64,000 bases of DNA, taken from NCBI RefSeq assembly GCF_963676685.1, contig NC_092346.1, positions 20,584,001 through 20,648,000 on the forward strand. The letters run 5' to 3'. Each line of letters starts with the position of its first letter. The first letter of the stretch is position 1. The stretch comes from Mytilus edulis (lineage: Eukaryota). Both the position numbers and the translations under genes were made by a program. Shown here piece after piece: positions 50,801 through 60,949 of this stretch. The notes under the pieces were generated by a model. That model saw nothing but the letters and a program-made list of their open reading frames with translations. It made no database searches and was not told the DNA's origin.

Positions 50801-53800
50801 GTAAGTTCACAATTGGGAAGCTAAAACTCATTTTTTGGCGTAATGACTATTCTCGATCGATCTTCATCGTCAATTTTAAGATGTTCGTCAAGATACGTAG
50901 CAGACATAACTGTAACTGGTGTATCATTGCATTTCAAGTTCGGTAATACATAAGCGTTAAACATTGTCACCAAACTTATTTCGGAATGGGACACATCTGA
51001 AAAGCGGAACGTAAGGTTTAAGCAGAAGGAAATAGCTTCTTTTTGATTTTCCTCAACACTGCATGTGTGAAATGTTACTTTTTTTAGTAAGGAACTAGTC
51101 GGTAAGAAGATGACCACAGCGGGTTCCGATGGAAATGCTGATTATTTGTTGAAAAACACGTCATAAAACGTCACTTAAGTGTTTTGTATCTATATTTGTA
51201 TCTACGATGACCAATGTTTGAATGAAATAATGCAAGATTAATTATTTTATCTATCTGTTAGTGTGTAAACTGAAATATATTGTGTAAAGGGTATAAAAGT
51301 CAAATATAGTTTATATTATAGCTATTGCTATAACTAAATGTTATTTAAAAAAAATCCTATTATTATTCATTGCGCTCAGTATTGTTTGGTGGAGGAAGCC
51401 AGAGAGAACCACCGACATTCGGTTGGAAAACTGACAATCATAGTTAATTCTCTAACATATCATATATTTGAAATACGTGCAAATATGTAAGCTCTGTCAA
51501 CAATTCCATGCTAAATTCATTTGGGTAGGTAAGTTTACTACTATTATCAAATTGTAGTAACAAGTAACACATATACAGTTCTGAAATAACTTGTAGATGC
51601 ATAGTGTTAATTAACAAAATAAAAAAGGAAAGTCATAGTAAAAAGTAAAATCACAAAAAAACTGAATTCCGAGGAAAATTTCAAACGGAAAGTCCCTAAA
51701 AAATGACAATATTAAATACTCACACACATCAAACGAAAGGATAGCAACTATTATATTCCTGACTTGGTACAGTAATTTAGTAATATCGCGCCCTATACAA
51801 GACTTATTATTGATACGTTCTTGTTTAGTCTTAGTAATTTAACTTAGCTTTTAATACATATCATATGGATGATGTTTCAGCTAACGCAATACAGATCCGC
51901 AGCGCTCTCAGCTTATGGGTTGCGATTTTAGAGACGAAACCAGGTTCATTAGCATTCCCTTTTGAATTCAACTATGCATGTAACGAGTTAGTGGATAAAG
52001 GTTTCCGTGGAGATAAAGTATTTCTAGCAGGCCATGGTGATGGAGGTAGAACACATTTTTATGCTCTTTCACTTTTAATCTATCTGATGTTCTCTTTCAG
52101 CAAAAGTATTACAGAGCAGAAGTACTATGAGATTATGGGTTGCGGTTTTAGAGAGCACACCAACTTCACTTTTATTCCCTATTAAATTCAACGGTGCTTG
52201 TAAGCAGTTGCTGGATGCTGGCTTTGAAGGCGATAAAGTCTTTCTAGCTGGTCACGGCTTAGGAGGTAGACTCAAATTATGGCATGATGTTTTCATATCC
52301 TTTTGATATATATTTAATCTTTAGTTTTACTTTTGTGATAAAGATTCTAGATAAGATTATCTGATATTTCTTCAAAACCAATTTTACTTAAATCTTATCA
52401 TGCATGTTCAGAATTCAAAATGATGAACCTTTGTGATATACATTCGGATTTAAACATTGTGCCTTCCTTTTCTGCTTCTCATTTCATTCACAATGACTAG
52501 ATTGCACAAGAAATCCATTTCCATAGTTAGTTTATGTACAATAAATTGCTCTATATTTTCATATTTCTAGAAGTCCATTACTAAGAAAAGTTTGCAAACG
52601 AAAAAGAACGTTTCCGGAGAACTCAATTGCAACTGTGAATACACTCTGATCTTTGTTGCTTTGTATAAGTCTCCGTTCTTTTCCTAGTAGTGGACTTCAC
52701 ATTTTCTTTTAACAAGAACTAGATTTGCATTTAAGTTTAATAGTAATGTAATTATATCTTTTGTAACTTCAAAGAAACGAAAACAAAAACCTCAAAGGGT
52801 ACAATTCAAGCTATCTGAACGCTTTGTAATGAAATATTATTATTGTTTATGCATATTTTGTTTGAAATCATTTTATCCTGCAATTACCCAATAAATTAAG
52901 ACCTACACACTATTATTGCTTTGTTTGAACAGTGAACACCTATTTCATTTCCCAATATCCTGCTTCTGTTAGAGACGAACGGTAATATTATAATACTGTA
53001 AATGTTATAGATCAGGGGTCATTAAGGGCTGTATTAAAAAAAATCCCAGTTCATGACAAAATAAAAGACAATATTTGCAATGCTTTAATGTTAAATTGTA
53101 GGATAAAAATAAAAGAGCTTGGTTACATGGTAACAGTATATGTAATCGCTACGATAAAACAGATGAAAGGTTCAATAAAAAAGAGGAGGATACACCAAAT
53201 GTCAATGACAATTCATATGTCAAAAATACCATGACAAAAAAAAAAAAACAACAAAAAAACGACGAAAAGACAAACAAATATCTAAGGAACACGAACTCCA
53301 TATAAAACAGAGGTGATTTTAGGCGTTCTGTAAGACAAAGTAGCTGTGTTATACATGTAACACCCGTCGTGCTGCTCGTGTAATGTGTAAATCGTTTTAT
53401 AAATCTCATTCGGTGTTGTCCCAATTGTGGAAAGAAGGCATCTGCGACAATTGGAACATACTCATGGTAATCTGTGAAACATATCAAAGTGAATTAACGG
53501 TCAACCCAATCATGATATGGTTTGTAAAACTTGATATTTTATATCTTTATCGACAATGTGCGTATGTTTAGTGTGTAAATTGTTTTGTGAATACATTAAT
53601 AAAATTGCAGCTTAGAACACATAAGCTATTTGAAGTAACGTCAATACAATAAACGGTTTTTGGGTTTTGCAAATAGGTTTCGTTTTAAATGTTTAGCATA
53701 CATTTGATACCTTTTCATGATAAACGAAGGTTAAAAGAGAAAATTTATTTCATAGGTCATAGGGCATCTAGTTACGGCCATTCAATATTCCATAAGAATA

Positions 53801-56800
53801 GACTTGATGGAGTGTTGTTGTTTTCATCGTTCCTCAGCGGAAGTTATCGGCTGAACAATTATCCATACCCAGTTCTTACAATTAGTGGGGACTTAGACGG
53901 AATAACGAGAGTAACCAGAATGGTCGATGCATTCGAGTGAGTGATTTTTTGTTATTATAATGATAGTAGTTAGGTAAAATGAAGTTCCTTACATATTCGA
54001 TTAACACGATCAATACATTGTTGTTCTGTGAAATAACAGCATCTAACGTGCGATACTATAAAAATTTGACCTCAGATGAATTTGGCTATGCCTTTAATGT
54101 ATCTTGATCTTTTAACGCCTTACGTTTCTACGCATTTATACATCACTGACTTTCAATTGTTTAAGCTTGAGAATACGGAAGAAGGTAAATATATATAAAC
54201 TACGAAATTTGTTTTACATGCACACGTATAAAAATTGCGGTTTTCATCCAACACAATCATAGGTTTGAACGTAGTTTTCAATTTAGACTCGTTTATATTT
54301 TTTCGTTTGGACTTGTATCATATTTTCCATCCGGTTTATATGATCCGTTCATCCTACATTGACTCTTAAAATTCAAGAGTCTATCTAAAAATGAGGGTAC
54401 TTTTTATATGGCCTTCCAAATACCGTTTCGATCTCTAACATCACTGAAGAGACATTTATTGTCGAAATCCGGATCTGGTGTACTAAAAAGATATTGACAT
54501 CGTGGCCACAAGTTGATTTTTTTTCTGTTTAGTATTAAATTTATATTAAGATCCATTTTGTTACATCTTGTGATCAATTTTATTTGGCAATCGCCAATGG
54601 CAGTCAGCAGGGTTAAAGAACATCAGTTGTTCGACCTGTTAGTCAAATGCGTTTTGTTTAAATAGACGCTCATATCAAAATAGTTATAAAGCCAAACAAT
54701 ACAAAGTTGAAGAGCATAGATTATCCAAAATTCCAAAAAGTTGTGCCAAATACGGCTAAGGTAATCTATAAACACTACCATTTTTTTAATTTATAGGCAG
54801 TGAAAACCGAAATATTTTGACAATGATATATCAAATTTACGTTGGAGTATATGAATCATGTGTTAACAAAATAGTAATTCATTTATTTTCATATGAATAT
54901 AAAACTTTTGAGCATTTTATTGTAATAACCAAAAGAATTTTTTTCATGTTTTTGTGTGTTTTGGGAAGTAAAAAATAATAACTGATATTTATACGAAAAT
55001 TACAGTTTTATAAACTCGGCTTAATTTATAGTTTGTTAGTGCATTGACCGAAAATTAGTAAAATAGTACAGTAAAAAAAAGTAAAAATAATGTAGAAATT
55101 TGAAGAATCGTGATATTTGTATCTAATCTCGAACGATACAATTTAGATTTTCTTTTTCACTTCTTGCCTTTTCATTGATTTTATTACATTGCCTACTCAC
55201 TAACTTACTAATTTTGCACGATTTCATCAAACATTAAAATTGAGAATGGAAATGGGGAATGTGTCAAAGAGACAACAACCCGACCAAATAAAAAACAACA
55301 GCAGAGGGTCACCAACAGGTCTTCAATGTAGCGAGAAATTCCCGCACCCGGAGGCGTCCTTCAGCTGGCCCCTAAACAAATATATACTAGTCCAGTGATA
55401 ATGAACGCCATACTAATTTCCAAATTGTACACAAGAAACTAAAATTAAAATAATACAAACTAACAAAGGCCAGAGGCTCCTGACTTGGGACAGGCGCAAA
55501 AATGCGGCGGGGTTAAACATGTTTGTGAGATCTCAACCCTCCCCCTATACCTCTAACCAATGTAGTAAAGTAAACGCATAACAATACGCACATTAAAATT
55601 CAGTTCAAGAGAAATCCGAGTCTGATGTCAGAAGATGTAACCAAAGAAAATAAACAAAATGACAATAATACATAAATAACAACAGACTACTAGCAGTTAA
55701 CTGACATGCCAGCTCCAGACTTCAATTAAACTGACTGAAAGATTATGATTTCATCATATGAACATCAGGCACAATCCTTCCCGTTAGGGGTTTAGTATCA
55801 TACCATCATAACATATATGAGAAGAACATAACCCGTGTCATGCCAACAACTGTTTTTAGAATAAATGTGTTTAGTTCCGATGCAAAGACCTTATCAGTGA
55901 CTCAATATTAACGCCAAAATATGCAATCTTTAATGACTTGACAACAGTATCGTAATTATATCCCTTCTTAATAAGTCTATTCAAAGGTTTTGTAAGTTTC
56001 TGAGGTGAATACTAACACCTTTGTGCTTTATAAAGAATATTACCATAAAAAATTGGATGTGAAATACCTGAACGTATTAGAAGTCTGCATGTTGAGCTAT
56101 ATTTACGAATGATGTCTTTATACCGATGATAAAATTTAGTAAATGTTTTGACTAGTTTGTGATATCGAAAACCCTGGTGTAATAATTTTTCAGTAATACA
56201 TAAATTTCTCTCGTTAAAATCGAAAACATTGTTACATTAACGAGCGAATCGTACAAGTTGAGATATATAAACACCGTAAGATGGTGACAAGGGAACGTCA
56301 CCATCTAAAAACGGATAATTAACGATAGGAAATGAAAAATCATCCCTTTTATCATAAATTTTAGTATTCAGCTTTCCATTAGTGATATAGATATCAAGAT
56401 CGAGAAAAGGGCAGTGGTCATTGTTAGTATTAGCTTTATTTAAAGTAAGTTCAACAGGATAAATTTCATTAATATACATACTGAAGTCGTCATTATTGAG
56501 AGCCAAAATATCATCCAAATATCTAAAAGTATTATTAAATTTGTTATTCAGATGTTGTTTCGATGGGTCTTTGCTTATTTTTGTCATTGTCTCCATTTAA
56601 ATTAAATTTCAGAGAGCTGGAAGCAGATTTGATACTAGCTCCAACACAAAAATTCACCACACCTGTAATTGTAATGGAAGGTATGAACTATGGACAGTTT
56701 GCATCTGGTACACTTCCACCAGCTGTAGCGGGTTATGACTTGAAACCAGAAATTTCCCAAAAAGATGCATATGATGCTATAGCTAACTACACGAATGCAT

Positions 56801-58895
56801 TTATGCTGTATGTACGGGACACCAATGTATCAGAAGCAACATCTATGCTCGAAGAGGGATATTCTAAAACGCAGTCGATACTTCAAGTGAGTTTGAATCA
56901 TCACCTCATTTCCAGAATTTTTAAATCATTATGATTGTTAACTTGAGTGTTTGTAACTTCGTCCAAAATTGTTTGTTAGCTCTAAGGGGAATATTAACTT
57001 TATTCCACAGAAATGAAATCGGCTAATTTTCCTTTTTTTATATTTGAAAAAATACATAAACTATACAGTTTTGACACACACCAATAATTAAAATTTACAT
57101 TTTAACTCCTGAGTAGCATTGTATTTTCTAAAAATCAAAATTTGCTTTTTAAGCCAATTACCAGTTGCATCGATATAGGCTTTCTCTGACCGCTAATTTG
57201 TTTTGTATAAATGAAGGTACAGATATGACAAACACGAAATGCATATTTAGTATAAAAATACACTTATTTTACAGGAATGAAATACAAAAGGCAATGTCAA
57301 GATTTGAATACCTAAAACTTATGATAAAAATGTATTATCAAAATCAGTCTAGAACCAAAAACTTATGAATATAAGCGACTAAATGATTGTTTTCAATAAA
57401 AAAATCTCATGGAGATGTATTTTTGTATAATTTCAGCCCCTTTCACAAGTGAAAGCTCTTGATGATAATGAAGAATATGTCTCCCATTGGACAAACACTG
57501 CTCAGCAACTTATAGTCAATCTTCTGGATACCTCACTAGTTGAGGTAAAAGATAACACATTGTTATTATCATATAGATATTGTATTAATATTAACATCAA
57601 AAAGCATTTAACACTTATACCGGAGTACCTGAGATCACCCCAGTTTTTGTTGCCATAAGCGAACTTGAAAGGGTTCAATTTTATCTCGATTGACTATATG
57701 ATTATCACAAAAGAGATCATCGAACTCTATATAGGTCTTTAATAAATAACGGCAAATAGAGAATAAATTATAGTATTACTAATCGCCGTATTTGAATATC
57801 AAAAATAAGACAACTTGTGACCGAACGCCGCTATGGATTAAACTTGTGCATCAAAAATAAGACAACGCGTGACCGAACGACGCATGGATTAAACGAGTGC
57901 GCAGCACAAGTTTAATCCATAGCGGCGTTCGGTCACAAGTTGTCTTATTTTTGATATTCAAATACGGCGATTAGTTATACTTTTTATTACATTGGCTAAT
58001 GGCTTTTTTTTATGAAATTAATGTAGAAAATGTAAGGAACTATATATTTTTCCTGCGCATTCACAATTTGTTTTGATCCGACGTTATCGACGTCTTGACA
58101 ACGTCTATTGTTGTATATGACGTCAGAGAGTGAAATAACCACGTTTATTTCACATGTGAAATTATCGGTTTTTATCTAACTTGGAAATCAATGTAATTTA
58201 TTGCAACCAATGTAATAAATGTTTATTGGCCCACCAGATGTAAACTTGAAGGATTATCATAATTGGGAGATTTGAATCATAATACATGTTTTTTAAAAGA
58301 TCTAGTAGAAATGACTTTACCAATGGGAAAGATATATTGAATTAAATCAACTACACAGAATCCCAATATATACACTTGATAAAAACAAAAACAAAACCCC
58401 CAACCAATTTATTGATGTTCTTCCACAAAATTCAAAGCGACCTCCTTAGAAGTGTTACTACCCGCATTTTCGTTAATCTATTGGAAGGATTTCGCGTTTG
58501 GATAGAATATTTAAACTGTGAGATTTTGCAATATAAGTTTTTTTTCCCTAATTTTGCTCACTTATTTAATTTATTTGAACATATCTCAATTGTTTATTTC
58601 AGTTTGATAATACCGAAGAAACACCATCACAGCCTAAATCATTTCGATTTCGCAAACCGCATCAGTCAGATATGTTAAAAATTAACAGCTCTACTGAAGT
58701 ATATTTTCCAAACACAGATGGTACTAAGATTCCTCAAAGTCCCCTACAACTTAAAGCAACTATGACAAATCAAAGAGCTATTAAAACACTCTTGCCATCT
58801 GCACCTTTTGGCGCACCTGCTACCTGTCAAGATATCAATCAGGTACTTGATTTATACGCTGATTATTTACCTCATAATTATTAACTGACATCAAC

Positions 58896-58938
<43 letters not shown>

Positions 58939-60129
58939 AAATAGTTATGTTTAGATTGTTTAATATCTGCAAGCAATCGAGATAATATGAATGCATGCCT
59001 AAAAACTTAAGTTGACTGAAATGGAACATTTTCACACCTAAAAACAGAAGTATTATTAAGTTTAAATTGTCAATGACTTGCAGCGCTTTGAAAATTCTCA
59101 GTGGCACTCATACCACATCTTCCTATATCTATTTTAGCATGCGTATATCACTAGCACTAGGGGTAGTTTCTTTTTTTTTTGGTCATAATTTATCTTTTTC
59201 ACTACCACTTGCGGTGTTGGCGGACTGGTTCTCTGTTTACACTCGCACAAGAGCCAATCAACGATGTGGACTTTTTAACTATATGAATTTCATTTAGATA
59301 TTATTGTATTCTGAAGTTTCTTTCACACATTTGGTCTCGAGTTTGTATAATGTAGGAAAATCAAGAGTCAGGTGTTGTGCGCCATGAAATCAGTACCATC
59401 CATTTTTCTTAGTCGTATGAGACGCATCTGTTTTCCTTGAATATTATAAACTTACCATTAATACCAGGCTAACAATTGTGTACGCCAAACACATGTTTCG
59501 TCTACACAGGACTAATCAGTGACACCAGAATCAAAACTTTTATAAAGCTAAATCAAGTACGAAGTTGAAGAGTATCAAAACCCCAAAAATTCCATACTGT
59601 TGTATGGATTCGAATTTTATAAAGAGAACATAAACTTAACATTAGCAACAGATTTGGAAATCTTTATTTTGGAAAACAATTATAACAAATTATGGAACAT
59701 AAGTGTTAACCTGATGGCGTATTCACTGATTTTATTTTGTTGTTAGGTTGCGGTCAAATGACCGACACTTAACATCTTCATTTATTCGTGATACTAATTT
59801 GTTTTTCTTAAATATTGTAGGATGCCTTTACACTAGCCTTTTCAAAATCTTCAGCCACAGCAAAGGCTAGATACCAGTCTAAAGGAAGGCCGATAAAATT
59901 TCTTCAAGACGTCAATGTTACATCGAAGAACAATTGGAACCAATATGGAGATCTAAAACTTAACTACAACATAACTGGTCTGTTTGTTCAAGCATCACGT
60001 TATATATCTACAAAACCATCAGGGAGAGATGATGACTGTACCTTGTTATCGCCCTTTAGAGCAATGGAATGGATATACGTAGATTCTTTGAAAAATACAA
60101 AAGAACAAACTTATACAAATAATACATGA
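47836..60129 (+). CDS. Secreted alpha/beta-hydrolase-fold paralog, predicted catalytically inactive, 477 aa per isoform, duplicated exon 2
   Basis: Exons 47836-47992, [51881-52045 or 52101-52265], 53756-53936, 56613-56886, 57437-57544, 58603-58842, 59821-60129. Same intron positions and phases as the upstream paralog, ORF fully open. GHSLGG is replaced by GHGDGG or GHGLGG, and NHGQF by NYGQF. Confidence 0.88.
48708..48890. repeat. Minisatellite, 28-bp unit, about 6.5 copies
   Basis: CATGATATCTATACCGTGTTGTACAAGT in tandem, followed by an (ATTAC)-rich element end starting at about 48900. Confidence 0.92.
49988..50436. mobile_element. Kolobok-type MITE carrying a nested retrozyme fragment (about 50073-50246)
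   Basis: TIR GGTGGTACCTAACACT / AGTGTTGGGTACCACC with flanks TTAA and TGAA. Confidence 0.75.
50103..50149 (-). ncRNA. Type I hammerhead ribozyme, intact core
   Basis: Minus strand reads GAGCGUCA-CUGAUGA-GUC uuaugua GAC-GAAA-CGCGCG-UC/UGGCGUA. Confidence 0.88.
50600..50990 (-). pseudogene. Decayed Penelope-like reverse transcriptase fragment
   Basis: Reads SATYLDEHLKIDDEDR...F*FPIVNLPFLFNNI*AASAF..YISELILYSTACISYHDF, homologous to the RT at 56237-56590. Confidence 0.75.
54438..54481 (+). ncRNA. Type I hammerhead ribozyme of a second sequence family
   Basis: ACATCA-CTGAAGA-GACA tttat TGTC-GAAA-TCCGGA-TC/TGGTGT: stem I ACAUCA/UGGUGU, stem II GACA/UGUC, palindromic stem III AUCCGGAU. Confidence 0.85.
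55232..56590 (-). mobile_element. 5'-truncated Penelope-like retroelement (Naiad-type): RT C-terminal half plus 3' UTR
   Basis: Reads FRYLDD...PFLDL...YDKRDDFSFPIVNYPFLDGDVPLSPSYGVYISQLVRFAR and continues in frame through two premature stops to ..SLHRN* at 55871. No GIY-YIG domain follows the RT. About 640-nt UTR whose terminal motif recurs at about 60371 and 63760-63812. Confidence 0.88.
55754..55820 (-). promoter_or_regulatory. Form-2 SECIS element (selenocysteine insertion sequence) in the retroelement 3' UTR
   Basis: Minus strand reads UCAUAU auguu AUGAU GGUAUGAUACU AAA CCC cuaac GGG a AGGAUUGUGCC UGAU guuc AUAUGA: helix I, AUGA/GA quartet, 11-bp helix II with 10 of 11 pairs, unpaired AAA and an apical mini-stem. 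Confidence 0.82.
57772..58218. mobile_element. Palindromic non-autonomous element (78-bp inverted arms plus an adjacent 12-bp IR module)
   Basis: Arms 57772-57849 and 57904-57981 are near-perfect reverse complements, and the spacer is a diverged copy of part of the arm. TTATTACATTGG (57984) and CCAATGTAATAA (58207-58218) form a second inverted pair. Confidence 0.7.
58897..58935. repeat. (AAT)n microsatellite, about 13 units
   Basis: Direct reading. Confidence 0.95.
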
Positions 60130-60548
60130 CAGTGATAAACTTTAAAAAAAAATACATCATCTGTTGAAATTAACAACTTTCAATACATGGATACATGTAT
60201 TATATTTTTAGTTTTCACACATTCTTATATTTTCTGTCATTTCTAGTGATTGTTGAATGTTTACAGTTTTTCACATAATGTTGTTAAAAAGTGTTGTTTT
60301 TTTAAATGTTTAACGCATATCTTAGTCAAGGAATCCTGTAATTCAGTGCCTGGTTTGTTGATGTCTATCATAAAATTGAGAAAGGAAATGGTGAATATGT
60401 CAAAGCGACAACCACCCGACCATAGAGCAAACAACATGTATGATTTTGGTTTTCAAATTTGTTTTGAATTATTGTAAATTCGCGTTTGAATTGTTTTACA
60501 TTTTCCATAACATCTTAATAGTTGACAATACGGAGTTTGTTCTTCTTG

Positions 60549-60770
60549 TTTAAGGTCATACGGTGATTGTAATATCTTATATTTACAATACTTGAACTCT
60601 AGTGGAAAGTTGAAATTTAGCATTTAAGGTCATATGGTGATTGTAACAGCTTATATTTACATTACTTGAACTCTAATGGAAAGTTGTACTTTAGCATTTA
60701 AGGTCATACGGTGATTGTAATAGCTTATATTTACAATACTTGAACTCTAGTGGAAAGTTGTATTTTAGCA
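60549..60770. repeat. 74-bp tandem triplication of a segment of a dispersed repeat
   Basis: Units starting TTTAAGGTCATACGGTGATTGTAAT... begin at 60549, 60623 and 60697. Confidence 0.9.
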
Positions 60771-60949
60771 ACCATGTTAAATCTCCTTATTTGCTTATTC
60801 GTAACACGGTTCTTCCTTGCTTTTGAATATACCCGAATAGTAAAGTCTTTCAAATTTGGAGGTTTAATTGTTTCCTATGAATGTAATCCGAGATTGCGCT
60901 TACGAGTGACGGCACATGCATGATTTGTCTTTGAAAAAATCCTATATAC

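Noticed and set aside
56563-56934. Overlapping antisense ORFs suggesting an RT-hydrolase fusion or overlap gene
   Set aside because: This is an ORF-calling artefact. The plus ORF is hydrolase exon 4 (56613-56886) with intronic extension, and the minus ORF is the truncated PLE RT.
55754-60129. SECIS acting on the host hydrolase-like gene, which ends in TGA
   Set aside because: The SECIS is antisense to the host gene and intronic, so it cannot be in the host mRNA 3' UTR.
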